DNA of 61,648 nucleotides, filler included, from Choristocarpus tenellus KU-1152 (Eukaryota > Protista > Phaeophyceae), in the NCBI GenBank assembly GCA_964200185.2. It is 8 parts of 8 records of this genome, joined end to end, with 100 filler letters (N's around TTAATTAATTAA, not from the genome) between each part and the next. Parts side by side here need not be neighbours in the genome. Positions count along the whole stretch, not along the records: positions 1 to 5,053 come from CAXNAD020012030.1; positions 5,154 to 9,924 come from CAXNAD020013120.1; positions 10,025 to 22,946 come from CAXNAD020001657.1; 5 more parts are not named here. One strand, 5' to 3'. The notes beneath the pieces are model-generated. The model saw only the letters and a list, made by a program, of their open reading frames with translations. It had not been told where the DNA came from and did not search any database. This document shows, piece by piece, positions 1 to 14,200 of the stretch (position 1 is the first letter of the stretch; each line of letters begins with the position of its first letter). The translations under genes and the position numbers were made by a program.

Positions 1-396
1 CCCCACACACACACCCCCGATCTACAAAGTGAATAGTACAACATCAACATCGCTTAACCCTAACCCTAAAAACTAAACAGACGGTAGCCCAAAAGGGACC
101 CAGTTCGTGGCATCAACAACAGCGCATCAGAACCCTAACCCAACAAAGAGTGACATCACACCTTCTCGGCATACTTTACAATACACATAAATAACACAAC
201 AATGCAATACAGTACAACGGGCACAGTGAGGACCTCAACGTAGGTCTCTGTGCGTGTACATCATACATTCAGTGGAGCACAGAGTTACAACAGAATGCCT
301 TTTTTTTTCTTTCTTAAAATTTGTTTGTTTGTTTGTTTGTTTGTTTGTTGTTTGTTTGTTTGTTTGTTGTTTGTTTGTTTTTAGGTTGGTTTTCAC

Positions 397-3300
397 CTGC
401 TCTGCCTGTATCATGAGCTTATCAATGCGATTCTCCTTCCCCAGTTGATGAGCTTCTACCTCCTTGAGGTCGTTGATGGCCTCATCATATTCCTGCGGAC
501 ACACAATCACATTATATACACTACCATCACACTATATAGAACACAAACACATTATATACACTACCATCACACTATATACACTACCATCACACTATATAGA
601 ACACAAACAACGTTGTCAAAAGCACAAAAGTGTTATCTGCATCAGAAACATGTTATATACACCCCAGATTCACGCCAGAATCGTAACCCTAACCCTAACC
701 CTTGAACACACCCAAGACCATCCCATCCCAAACCTAACCCAACAAAGTAACCAATACCACATGTATAAAATAAAATAATCCATATATTCACACCCCCTAA
801 CCCTAACGGATACTTCCTATCACAAATTATCAAAAAAAAGAAAGATATCAAAACACCCAAAACAGAACTACTCACTCGACAACAAACAAATGACCAAACC
901 AACAGAACCAAAAACATGCTTAACGACTTCAGTCAATAGAGTCAAAAAAGTATCCTAGAGAAGGGGGGGGGGGGAGGGGGAGGTTTACCTCTTTACTCAA
1001 CAATGAAAAGAGCCATGTTTATAACCTTACTGTACCATACCCTACTATCCTATATAAAAAAAAGAAGCTTACATACACATAAACATAATACACAAACACA
1101 TCGTATTTCATACATAAAAGTCCTCTGTCTGGGTAAAACCCTCTGGATTGAAACACACCTTACAACATCAGGTTAGGTGCAAGACCTGAGGGATGATGTG
1201 GTACAACACATACAACACACACAACACACACAACACATACAACACAACCGGTAAGCCAACACAAACAAAAAGCTCTCCCACACACACCTACGAATCGACA
1301 TTAACAACACCCCCCCCCCTCTACCCTAACCCTAACCCTAGCATACCTTGTCCCAGGCAAAGTACTCTTCCTCAGGCATTACTCGGGATCCAACCATGAG
1401 GGTCCTAAGTCCCTCCAGTGCAAATTCATCCATGTGCTTCATTGTCACCTCCAAAAGCGCCTGCGCAATAACAAGTACATACAAAATAATAATAATAAAA
1501 ATGTTTGAAAAAACATTCCAATAGAGAACCTCACTCCAACACTCTCATCCCAAACTCAAACTAGTTACATATATATATATATATAGGAAAATGAAAACGC
1601 ATGCTAAAATTATTTTGTATTTTAATGTAAAAAAAAATCCAGAATGGCCGTCTCAACTTTTTTTTTCTTTTCACGATCGACTTAAAAAAAATATCAATAG
1701 TACTGTGTTTCCACCGAAAACGGAAAAAAATATTAAACAAAATCGTCCTCGTTCTCACGAGGCGTGTGGTGTGCATCAGAAGAAAAAAGAAGCTGATTGG
1801 TTGGTTACCCCTCACAAAGGCAATCGAGACTTTAATCCGAATCGCACCTCAAACAAGGGGGTACACAGAACATGCCAAGTTAATGCTAGTAAGTGATGGT
1901 ATTTCCTGTAGAATCATCAAGATTAAGGGTACGTACACGATGCTAACAGTACCTCATCTGTGTCATTCCTGAGCAGCGGAATCATGGTTGTGTCAGCACC
2001 CTTGGTAAGGACATGTACCTCTCCCTCTGGAGACCTGACCACCACCGACATTCGCTTCCTTACACTGTCATAAGAAACACGGTACATAACACAGCGCGCA
2101 ACACATCATACAACACACAGCGTGTGACAAAGAACAAACACGTCGTACAACACAGTGTGAACACAGCACGTAACTCAGTAATAACATAGTACGCAACACA
2201 CAACACAACAAAGTGCGTAACATAGTACACAACACAGGATGCAACACAACTTCCTAAACAATGTATTTACGCACAGGTTTTGAAGCGCAGTTACAGCGCG
2301 ATCCTATAATAGCTATCTTTATCACCATTATTGCAATTACTACTATTACTGTTACAATACCATAAAAAAAAGTACAACGGTGATCCAGACCACAGGGTAC
2401 AATCCACAACCCAACACAGTCCAAACAAATTGTACCACAAAATCACAGTCATCACTACAACACAGTACACTCTTCATAAGCCACTCTTTAGATAGACACA
2501 TCAGTGACACTTTGACTTACACACACATAAATAAGCATGTATTGCACTATACAATAGCACACAATATCCACTCGTATCTACCTCACTATAAATGACCATA
2601 CCATACACACACACACACACACACACATGCGCGATGCTCCTATCTTACATGCACACACATTAGTTGTACACACATCTAGGCACACCTGTTAAACCCCAGT
2701 ATATGCAGCACATCATACTTCTCTTCAACAGGCTCTCCATCAGGCTGCAGCGGCAGCGGCATCTGAAAAAATAATAATAATAAAAAAGTAAACAAAAACA
2801 ACATTTACACCACCAGTGGCGAAACCAAGAATCAACACGGGTCAGTCAACTTCATCAATAAGCAGTGGTTCTGCAAAACCGGGAAAGGCGTCTGCTGCAG
2901 ATCTTTGGTAGAGGAAACCGCGTCCAATACGCAAACCGTAAGGTACGTTAGACACCCCTAACACTCTCCGCTTGACAACATGTGACATCAAAGGGGACCA
3001 CCAACAAATTTAAGGAATACACCGAAATACTTGTACCCTTTGTTGTCAACAAACACGAAATTTTTGGTCACCTCCAGGCCGCCCTAACTCTATAGATTTC
3101 CAGCACATTCATTTGTATGCTATACATACATACATACATACATACATACATACATACATACAGGCTGAGGACCTTTCCTCACGACAACAATTTCGTATGC
3201 AAAAAAAAGAAAATTCCAAAATCCGCGATTTTTCCTACAATAAAAAACATTGGAAATTTAAAGATATTGATATCATCGCTTGGAGCAAAAGCAGTAATAA

Positions 3301-3907
3301 TAATCATAATGATAATAATAGTAACAGATACCAAAAAGTGCTAGCACTTCAATGAAATAATATGTATAAAGTAGGATAAACGATTTTTTTTTTTCATTAC
3401 GATTCAAGGATATTCGTTTGGTGTCTCTTCACATCCCTTCTCAAGCGCTGGTGGAAAGATTGAAAATTTAAATATTCCGGTAAAAAACACAAAAAAACGA
3501 CTTTCACATTATTTATCTCCATTTCTTAATTTAATTACCTTGAAGCAAAAAAAAGAAGAATCACTGACCCCAAACCCCCTAAACCCTAACTCCAAACCCC
3601 TCCAAAATAAATACCTTACGTTACCGCAACGTGCATCATGACAATATAACACAACATAACACAACACATACTAATATCACGAGAAAGACAAACGGCGGTG
3701 CTATCGTTATAGGGTTAGGGTTAGAGCAACAGAGTTAGGGTTATGGCTGGGGGAGGGGAGGGGGTTGTTGGTCACCGTTGTGGTTCTACTCACCCTTGTA
3801 GTACACACGATGGCGTTTGTATCAATTCTGTCAACAAACTCCACCCCAAAGTAGCTCGCTCCCAACACAAGAGCCTCTTCATCCGGACTGGAGGCAGACA
3901 GAACCAC
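397..3907 (-). CDS. P4-type ATPase (phospholipid flippase, ALA/ATP8/DRS2 family), internal exons of the nucleotide-binding domain; partial
   Basis: Five phase-compatible GT-AG exons: 3794-3907, 2686-2762, 1953-2064, 1347-1460, 397-492. They read VVLSASSPDEEALVLGASYFGVEF...[38 protein letters not shown]...HMDEFALEGLRTLMVGSR...EYDEAINDL. SPDEEAL, FNSxRKRMSV, KGADT and EGLRTL are P4-ATPase hallmarks. Confidence 0.93.
505..610. repeat. Short intronic tandem duplication (ACACTACCATCACACTATATA units)
   Basis: Three near-identical copies of ACACTACCATCACACTATATA and two of ATAGAACACAAACA are directly visible. Confidence 0.8.
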
Positions 3908-4859
3908 CTGATCATCACAACAGCCATCAACAGAGAGTGAGGAAATGAATACGTGAATCAACCGAGCAGAAAGAATCAACAAAAAAGAAGAAGAAAAGAG
4001 GACAGTTTAAATATATATATATGTATATATATATATTTTAGACTAAATAATAAAAACAAATAAAAAACGACTCTTTGAACTCACAATTACGTATCATCGT
4101 GTTTACCAGTGTACCCCTTTCAGTCGATAACAAAGACAACCACAAGAACGTACCTCTTAACTATCAAAATACTTTACATTCCACCATCCCACGTAGATAC
4201 ACACACTATGCATTCATGATCTTTCTACTTAAGTATACATAATATCATCTCCTATCGGAGGGGTGTCATCATCAAAGAATTCAATTCAAATATTCAAATA
4301 CGGACACTACTGTTCCAAACTAACTATGATGGTTCCGACTTACAGCAGGTTTTTCTCATCACTATTTATTTTTGTCAAAAAATCACGTGCAACAAATAAA
4401 AAAATATGGAAAACAAGCAAAAAAGATACTTTGCTAAAAAAAAAAAGCACCAGAAAAAATTATTATGTACAAAAAAAATATCGTAACAATTCGAGGAGAT
4501 CAAAAGCAACACATGATACATGAAAAAAAAAAAATACAAGAAAAAATCAAACGGACTTAATACCATCGCATGTCTGCACTTACTCAGTGCAACAAACAAA
4601 CCACCTCACAATCGACCCAAACCAGATCTGTGCTGCAAATGTACCTTGCACTACAACAGTCCAACCACATACTGCACTGCACTACTGTACAAACCTGTTC
4701 AAGCGCAGTCCAAACAAGTACTTCAATGCACTTTCCCTGTACCTCAGTCCTCCATATATATACCCTATTCCTAATACAAACCACATCAGAGAGTCCAAAC
4801 AAGTACAGAACCGAACCACAACAGAACCATACTTCATACTCCGGTCCAACCACACAAAG

Positions 4860-5053
4860 CACCTTACCGATATATCCCATTTCAAGCACCTTACCGATAT
4901 ACCCCAGTTCAAACACCTTACCATTATACCCCAGTCCAATCACCTTACCGATATACCCCAGTTCAAGCACCTTACCAGTATACCCCAGTTCAAACACCTT
5001 ACCGATATACCCCACTTCAAACACCTTACCAATATACCCCAGTCCAATCACCT
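4860..5053. repeat. 27-bp minisatellite (CACCTTACCGATATACCCCAGTTCAAA-like), at least 7 copies, running into the contig end
   Basis: Tandem units are directly visible and explain the TLPIYPSSN repeats in the ORF track. Confidence 0.9.
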
Positions 5054-5153
5054 NNNNNNNNNNNNNNNNNNNNNNNNNNNNNNNNNNNNNNNNNNNNTTA
5101 ATTAATTAANNNNNNNNNNNNNNNNNNNNNNNNNNNNNNNNNNNNNNNNNNNN
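5054..5153. other. Artificial contig linker (N run, TTAATTAATTAA, N run). Identical linkers at 9925-10024, 22947-23046, 33068-33167, 50580-50679, 53608-53707, 58693-58792
   Basis: Seven identical 100-bp spacers with a six-frame stop cassette. Confidence 0.99.
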
Positions 5154-5342
5154 TCCTGATTTTGGTCCAAATGGACACCCTGGTGTAGATCCCCCCCCCC
5201 TTCCCAGATACTTTGGGTCAGCTATTTCTGAGTAGAACCTTATACCAAGGTAATGGCTGGTCTCAAATTCCTTTCTTGTTGCTTTTGCTTGCCAAGTTCT
5301 TCTGACTACCCCTGGTCACTGTGGGTAGCTGAAAGACCACAC

Positions 5343-7935
5343 CTTCTGTTCTGTGAAATCTGCAAGGTTTCTATTTATTTTGTCCTCCAGTTCTGCTGCA
5401 CTGGATACATGGAGCAGCTTAAGCCTCTCAGTTACTGTGTCTGCTTTGTACTGACTTGAACGCTGGATGCTAGGCTCACCTCTGACCAAAGTAAGGATGG
5501 CTGAGGCAGCAATGGAGAACCAAGGTTCCAAGGCATGTTAGATATGACTGAGTGAAAGAGAGAGAGGCAGTTCGTGATCTGAGATTTGGTGGAGTGAGGC
5601 TGGGCAAAGCACAGGTACTCATAGAGGTAAACTCTATGACAGTCCTCTGTATTGTTCTCCTGGGTGACCTCACATTTATTTTCATTTCAGTATTTCAAAG
5701 CTGATTGAGCAAGAAAATTATTTCTCTGTGTGATGACATCTTGGGTGCATATGGGGAGGCGGTGCTTGTCTCCAACCCCATTCTTGTTTGTGTGACCCAT
5801 ACCATGCACGCAGATTTCTCTATATATAGAGAGATACAATTTTGGTGTCACCTTCATTCCTGTTCCCCGCCTGCCATATTATTTGAGTCAGGACCACAAC
5901 CAAGGCTTGTTCCTGCAAGACCCGTGATAGGGACCGCCAGTCACAAGCATTTTGACCAAACAGGAGATGCTGTAGAAGTCACATGCCAGAATTAGTATGA
6001 AAATAAAAAACATTTTATCATTGAGGAGGTGGGGGGATGTTGCAGATCAAAAGTAGAGTATCCTATTGACTCTTTGTGACAGCTAGATTATTACTTCATC
6101 GGTGTGGATGTTGATCATTGCTTCATTTTCTTCTAGGATCTAATCTTTGGTATTATGGTGAATAATCGTGGTGAAATATTTCATTTTGTCAAAAGACGAT
6201 TGCAAGGGAGTGTTGCATGGGAGGGGAAGCGAATTGTGGTCAGGGAATGTGGCAGAAATATGAAACTTGAACATTGTACAAAAGGAAAGTTTTGTGGAAC
6301 AACATAGTAGAGGGACCTAGTCGAGAGGATGTAATGAACAGGGATATTGAGAGAGAGTTACGCTTACATTGCCTCATCACAGTGATGCTTCCAGTCATAG
6401 TTATGATAGAGATATAGGTGAGCTCCTGGGTCCTCCGTATATAACTTTCAGAATAGATACAAGAGAGTGTGACACACTGGAACATTTGAATGACGACCAA
6501 TATATACTAGAACACGATGGATTGCTGATGGTTGATAGGCAATGGCCCTTCTTTTCTATCTGAACCCTTACCTGAAGAAGGAATGCTTGCACAACTGCAA
6601 GGACACCGCATGGCCCTCCTTCAGTCTGCACAAGTCCATAGCCCAGTCTTTTGTGTTCACTAAAAAAGAATCCTTGCTGTAGCCAGGCGCTGTTGAATGT
6701 TGCCAATGGATTATTGAATACAAGCACCCGTGCTCTCACTGCCTGCTCTTTGGATATTGGCTCCACATGGTCACAAATGCTAATGTTTCCCCCTTGCTGC
6801 CAACCCTGGATGTGTGCTTGGGCCTCTCCAGTAGTCTCAAGATTCTCGTCAAGGATATCATTATCATCCACATCCTCTACCTTCATCTCTTTGCAATCAC
6901 CTCTGGGGTCACTGTCAGTATGGTTCAGATCGAGTTGCTTGATTATGCACAAGCATCTCTCTGCATACATTCTCTCTCCTCCATTGCTGCAACAGCAGGC
7001 ATTTTTAACCTCCCCCTCTTCAAAGTTAGTCATTGGTCTATGCCTTCCTTGACTCAACAACACCTTCTGCTTCTGCAAGTTCGAGTAGTGTGATCCAAGT
7101 ACTAATGTAGCTGGCCCTACCCTGACTGTGTCAGACGCATCACCACATCCTTGATTAATTCTTGTATTGCCACCAACGGAGAGGCCTAAGGAACTGGAAC
7201 TCCCCCTGTCAGTGTACAGGGTTGCCAAGGATGTTGGTGTGATGGGGCCTGACCTTTTCACTCGTTTCTCTTCTTCTCGGTTGGATTTGCTGTCTGCCTT
7301 GAGCTCCTGACAAGAGATTGAATTTCGTAGTGGGTAAGGCATTTGTATGACTATTTTGTTGGGATTGCCCCTGTTCTTGAAAGGTGGTCTATGAATAGCT
7401 CCTATCTACTCTACGTTGCGAGGGAGTTATTATTCGCACCTTGTACTTGTTATAGCAATCCCGTTTACTCTTCCCACTCCCCACTGCTTTCGCAACCCTT
7501 CGAAATCGCTCGTTCTTGTCGATATCAGCAGACGTCTCTTGGAGAGACCGTTTTAAGACCTTGACCTGAGGGGATATGTGACTAACATATATCATTGCTA
7601 CTGAGATTTTTGGGTGCGATCTTGACTTTCCAAGAAAAAACTGGTAGAAGTGATCCAACCTAATTCCTTCAAAGTACCACTGGTACTATTGTTAGACGGT
7701 TCTGAAGGATTTCACAGAATACGTTGAGTATAGGGCTGAGTATGAGATCTACAACTGAACTAAAAAGGCTGATCTTCTGTGGTTCCAACTTTTGGATGTG
7801 GACCATGGCTCTAGGAACGCCATATAATTCTGTGTGTGTGAATGTAAAAGATAAATTGTCACCACGCACCTCATCTCTGGTCCACGTAACATCTTTTCGA
7901 TCATTTCCTCGACTTTCCTCTCCGTGACGAAGTTC
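5343..7935 (-). CDS. MINDY4: MINDY3/4-family (DUF4205) deubiquitinase with an N-terminal SANT/Myb-like domain; 3' truncated, first exon uncertain
   Basis: Phase-compatible exons 7870-7935, 7440-7565, 6572-7306, 5852-5969, 5343-5500. Catalytic region [41 protein letters not shown]...LTQIIWQAG...QYKADTVTERL matches MINDY3/4 ([15 protein letters not shown]). The N-terminus WTRDEVKVLKRSL...ERFRRVAKAVGSGKSKRDCYNKYKELK is SANT-like. Confidence 0.85.
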
Positions 7936-8409
7936 CTTAAATTAGCAAATCGAAGTGCAGACAGTCATTAGACGCACATAGATATCATTGCAAAATGTAT
8001 CACGGGCACAAGCTTAAGGGTGGTAGGTTGCAGAAAGTGACCTTGGCCATGGGTGCCTCACGTGCCCATCGCCTAGCATACGAGCCTTGTCCACCTTACA
8101 CACAGCCAGGTTCTCTTTCGACTGTTTGGCTCGGAGAACGTGAACCAAAAATGTTTGAAACTACTTCCTTATTACGCAGTGGATTGTGGTGCCCGCTGAT
8201 GCAGTACTAGCGAGCAGGACCAAGATCGCAAAAGGTAGAGGTCAATATTAATTGAACTCTTATAACATTTGGTGAGTTAGGTGAGTGTGTAATGTTTGTG
8301 ATAGAGTGGTAACCGTCCAATAATACACCTTCTTGACCCACCCATAGAACTTTTTTTTACAACAAAAGTTTATGTTATCATATACCAATACATTGAATGC
8401 ATGTTGGAG

Positions 8410-9880
8410 GTGTCACAGAGCTGATCTCACCTCCAACATGAAAGGCCATTTCTCGAGGATGTTGTGCCAGCCCTGGCGTTGGAGGGAGGATCCTGGAGGC
8501 TTTGCAAGGGAGGGAGGACGCCTGGATGAACTACATGCCGAACTACGAAGTCACTCTCAAGACGACCTTATGATGGCTGAAAACGACTTAAAGCGAGGGA
8601 GATCCCCACCTGCACAGAACTTCTGTACTACCTACACCAGAGATATGGGAGAACATATTTCGGAGTGGGGATCAGACTAGTTTATACAATACTCTCAAAG
8701 ACCTCTATGTGGCCCAGAGCAAACAGATCGACTCTCCATCCATTCGACATCAGATGCCCAGATTGCTCCAAGACCAGGACCTACTCTTGGGCAATGAGGA
8801 AGACGATTTCCAAGCACTGTTGAAATGCCAAACATGTCATTGACTCACTCAATCTACTGCCCCCTTGCTTTCTACTTGCTGATGAGGCTAACAATTAGGA
8901 AGTGAAGAGTACCATATGCTCTCTAGTCAACCGAAAGGCTGTGGTCACAGATGACCGTCCATTGGAACTCCTGAAGCTGGGGTTTGGTGAGGACACCCTT
9001 CCCCTGCAGGTCTTCTGCAGCATCATCCTTGCTGTGTGACTGTCACCGGAGGTCCCTCAGAATGGAAGGGAGCTGTCATTAAACCCATCCACAAGAAGAA
9101 GGATCGAGTTGATTGTGGGTACTATGGGAGTATCTCGTTGGTATCACATGCTGGTAAAGCAGTCCTCGAAGTTTTTGCACACGCATAGGAACCTACGTTG
9201 AGAAAGAGGGCACAGTACCAGAGAAGCATTGCGAATTCTGACCTAGATGTCTACCATTGATATGGTGTACATGGCACATGTCTTACTCGAACTCGGTTGA
9301 GAGACGGTCACTTAGTACGTGTGTCTCATTGATCTGCATAAAGCCTTATGACACTGTCGATCGAAACTTTCTATGGACAGTACAGGCCGAATTTGGCGTG
9401 CCAGCTAAGTTGATTTCGATCATTCGTCAATTCCATGCCCGAAGGGGAACTTTTGTGCAATGGACGATGGGGAATGCTCAGACTGGTTCAATGATGCACA
9501 AGGCCTTCATCCAGGGTGTGTTCTCGCCAAGTTACTGTTCAAAAAATATCTATTCTATAGTGCAGAGCTTACTGTTGTAGTGGAGAGGTTCAGCGCTGAA
9601 GAGGATATCGCTGAAAAAGATGTTGTCTACATCACTCAGGAGAGGTAAGAAGAAACACCACACCTTTTTGGACTGGAGGGAGGACATCAATAGATGCCTT
9701 CACAGTTGCTGAGATGTATATGTATGAGTGTATATGCCACATGCTGATGATGCAGTCATTGTGTCGACGATTCAAGAAAGTTTGGCCAAAATGATGGCCA
9801 TCATCATCCCATGTACGAGACCGTAGGACTGACTGTGCCAGAGAAGATGGAGACCATGTGCCTCCAGGTCCCCAACGAGC
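8410..9880 (+). mobile_element. Degenerate non-LTR retrotransposon (RTE-like LINE) reverse transcriptase relic
   Basis: Frameshifted RT motifs: EWKGAVIKPIHKKKDRVDCGYYGSISLVSHAGK (~9059-9160), IDLHKAYDTVDRNFLW, FGVPAKLISIIRQFH, QGLHPGCVLAKLLF and HADDAVIVS (decayed YADD, ~9740). Multiple stops and frameshifts. Confidence 0.9.
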
Positions 9881-11299
9881 CAAAGTATCTTAGAGGGTAG
9901 AGCCGCATCCATTTGGGGGTCAAANNNNNNNNNNNNNNNNNNNNNNNNNNNNNNNNNNNNNNNNNNNNTTAATTAATTAANNNNNNNNNNNNNNNNNNNN
10001 NNNNNNNNNNNNNNNNNNNNNNNNTCCCAGACAATTTTGGGTCAAGCCCATCCTCAATGAAAAGCTCCATCCTCAATTTTTGAAATCGGGTGTTTGTCGG
10101 AGAATTTCCATCGTGGTACAAAAAACAGGAAAACTTCTCCAAAAATACAACTCAGTTTTGTAGGGCTTCACAATACTTCTCACAATTCAGAAGGGCAGTA
10201 GAGCAGGAACTCTGTCCTCTGGTTCATAATCTCAAATCGTTTTTCAAATAAATGGTGTGAAGTAAGGATGCCAGAGCAAGCCACTCAAAATTAAAAACAC
10301 CTAGACACACACAAGCACAGAACAGCATACCCAAGTTCTTTTTTGTCTATTTCCAATGTTCATAAATGCAGCACAGCTCACTGCACTACTGGTACCTACA
10401 ATTTTAGGCAGGCAGTGGTCAACCCCAACCAATATGCAACCTCAATATCCCATGTTTCTTACTGAAGGCATATTTATCTAGCACAGCTCCTCAGCATCAA
10501 CTTGTTCCTGAACACTGCGAAGCTGAGAAAAGAAATCACCCAGCATAGAGCATGTCTGCAAAAAATGAACAGTCAATCCTCTGCCACCCGAAGGTCACCC
10601 ATTACAGGCGATGATCCATGCGTTTTCCCAAAGGTACCCCCCAGACTTCAAAATGAAATAACCAAACACACTGAACTTGGCCTAAAATGAACATTCTTAA
10701 CAACGGAAGACCCCCTCCACAACTAGTAGACAGGAAATAGACAGGCACCTATCAAGAAGAGACTGAAAAAAAATCCCTGACAAAACACACTGCCAAATCC
10801 TTGCATGCACTTCACACTAGGGCAGAGGAAAAATGGCTTTCAAAACATGTCTTCCCTATAGTGACTGACCCTCAAAGCTAGGGTGTAAACCATACCACGA
10901 CAACTGCAACAACCACAATAACCACAGTGCCTTCACAACAATGAGAACAAGCCCAAAAGGCAGCTGTTGCCTCAGAGTGTCCAGTCACCACAATATCACA
11001 CCCGGATATTATACACAAATATAGAATGTACTTCTTATGTATTGTGTATGTAAGACATGCAACAGTAGTGCACCATTCTGAACCCTTTTGTCATCTCCAT
11101 ACCATCCACCAGAGTACGGTCAAAACCCCATGGAGCTAAGACCTGACCAATGACTACAGCATAGGTGCTAAAACACTTGGTACCTCCTTCCTTTGCTCCC
11201 ACCGCCCTGTTAGACCAATGAAGACCCTGAGGTGCTGTCTACCCAGTAGATGCACCGCCTCTAAAAATGAGATAAAACAATGTATCAATATGTCCCTAC

Positions 11300-14200
11300 T
11301 CAAGATATTGTGCAGCTCTTAGTTTCGTTCTTCTTCAATGAAGTCCAGGAAGTTGCGCTCTTGACACTACTCCACCTTGACGGTTTTCTAACAACATTAG
11401 CCTCACTCCCAGATTCAGAGAGTTCATCAGGCGCATCCCACGTTTCCTCCGCCTGGAGACATTCAGAACAGAATCAAGGGTAGGAAGGTGGAGGGGGGAA
11501 GCATAGTTCATGCAAGGGCAAACAACAAATTGCATGCTATAAAAATAATAAACATAACCGCAACAATATCATTGATAACTCAACAAAAACTGTTAACCAA
11601 AGGTCTGATAACATGGCAGAAGTAATTACATAATGCAGGATATCACAAAGGCATACTATTTTCCTCTGATAAACAAGGGTACTGACTTTGCAAGTTTCGG
11701 CAATGAACAGGCAGGGACAAACTGGAAATAAATACCAGCCTGAGTGGTTAACGATGCAGATTCTCACAATCCTTGCTGAGTTGCAGACACAGACAAAGCG
11801 ATAAAAAAATCGCATCACACACAAAAGAATAGCAAACTAATGCCTTTCACTGTCGTGCGAGAAACCAAATGCAGTGGACACCCTTAGCATAGCTCACTCG
11901 CCTTGATACAATGAGCTTACCCTAAGAGAAAGCTACAACTGTCCTGTCTCACCTTTTGCTGGAAGCAGAACATGCAGGCAAAAGGCCCAGCACTTCTGTA
12001 GTCAACTTCTTCATCAACCACCTGACATGAAAATCCAGCAGGTGCAAGGGTTATGGCAAGGCGCTGGACTATGGGTGGAGATGTGCCATGTACCAGTAAT
12101 GCCAGTAAAAAAATGCTAAACAAAAAAGGTTAGAAAAATCATGGCGGTACGAGGAATGATGACTTCAGCAACAAAATATGGCAAGGATCAAACCACGTGG
12201 TGTAGGTATGTTAGCATGAGAGGTTAACCAAAACCAGCAGTCTTTCAAATATTTTGATAACCTCATAACAACACTCACGGTTCAATACATATTCCAACTG
12301 ATGCAACCGTGTGACACTGTCACACAAATATAGAGGGGTCTCCCCCCCCCATACCATCACCGCCGCTTCTATATCACAGCATGTGCACCAGAGAGTGTAG
12401 ATAGCACAGTGGCAACGCTTGATGAAGAGACTTTCACCTCCCCTCCACACAAGCAAACCATCCTCTCACCCTGGTCGCTGCATTTGCTTTTGCCAGCTCA
12501 GCAGATTTCTCTGCTGCCGCCTCAAACTTGCTCTTCCACTCAAGGACCTGCTTCTCAAGCAACGCCTTAGCCTCCTCAGCATCCTTTTCTAGCATGGCTT
12601 CCTTCTCTGCCCTCTCTGCTACTTCTGCCACAGCTTTAGCCTCAGCTTCCTCTCTAACCCTTGCTTCAGCCTGTGCATGACTCTTAGCGTCCTCCATAGC
12701 TGCCTTAAGTTGCTGCTTCAATGCTTGTGTCTCTTCCTCCAGCTTCGCCCTTGCCAAATTATCCTGAGCATCCCTGCCCGCAAGCTCTGCCGCATGCTCC
12801 TCCTCCAACCATGCTTGATTCAGAGCAGCATCCTCTACTGCCCTCTGCTCAGCCAGAGCTGCCTCCTCTAGAGCGGCCTTCGCCTCAGCTGCAGCCAACA
12901 ACGCCTCCTCCTCCACCTTTGCACGTGCAGCAGCCTCCTCTTCAATTCGCACAGCAGCCTCAGATGCCGCAACAGCAGCAGCTTCTGCAGCCATCTTCTC
13001 AGCCTCCTTCCAGGCTTGTGCAGCATCATCAATAGCCTTTTGCTGAGCCCGGGCTACTTCTGCAAGCGCTGCCTCTGCTTCTTCTGCAGCCTTTAATGCT
13101 CTTGCCTCAGCTTCAGCACGGGCAGCAGTCTCCTCTTCGAGCCTCGCACTTGCTTCTGCAGCAGCAGCAGCTGCAGCCTCTGCAGCCTTCCTCTCAGCCT
13201 CCTCTGTCGCTTTGGCTATGGCCTCAGCCCTGGCAGACGCTTCAGCCTCCTCCTTTGCTGCTGCCTCAGCTGCGGCGTCGGCCTTGTTATGTCAACGATA
13301 TATATTTGCAGATGTGTCACAGAAGGGTATTAATACAAAAAAGAGGTCTGATGTACTGTACTGTGGTGTTACAACAAGTAACAATTTGTACGCCGACCAC
13401 AGAGGTACAACTTATTGGCTCGCGTATTGACCAAGAGTTGTAGGCGCTTACAGTACATGTAAATAAAATTTTCACTGCGCAATCAAGGTCTCGAATGAGA
13501 TTCAGACAACATGCAGGCTACAAAAGAGGTCAACAACCATTCTTCATATCCAACAGACGAAAAGATCACAAAAAAGATCCTGGAGTCGCCACTGGGATCG
13601 ATTGATAAATGCAATGTTGTACACGAACATCATACCAAACACCAACACCCTGACATATGTAGACTCAGAGGACCCTCCTTGATCGATCGTAGTGAGATGA
13701 ATAGAGAATGCACGTACAGGTCATAGACCAAATGGTGTGTACAAAATGTGAACATCTTCACCAGAAAATGTTAATCGAGGTTCTGATGATTACAATGGAT
13801 GCTGAGGAAAGGACTTGAGAACCCAGGGTTGCAACCCCTCTGCAGAATTGAACCAATGAGATGGCACATAGGGGGAGCTGTGCCTCAATATCAATTCAAC
13901 AGTAAATTGAGGGTGAGAAGAGCACATCACCTTGACTCTGGCCACTTGAATATTAAGCTCTTCAGTCAACTCAATATTTCGTTTTTCAGCTTCAGCCCTT
14001 GCCATCACAGAGGCCTCTTCCCGCCCTTCTGCCTCTATCCTTGCCATTTTTTCCACTTCAAGACGCTCAAGCACCTCCATGACCCTCTTCATTGCCTCCT
14101 CTTTCTCCAATTCAACCTCTATGTGTTTTACCTCTGCAACCGATCTAGCATGTACTTCCACCTTGAGATGCTCCTGGGCTTCATGAGCCTTCGACAACTC

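Noticed and set aside
4570-5053. Long ORFs with 9-aa repeats in several frames
   Set aside because: They are a by-product of a 27-bp minisatellite, and I found no splice or homology support.
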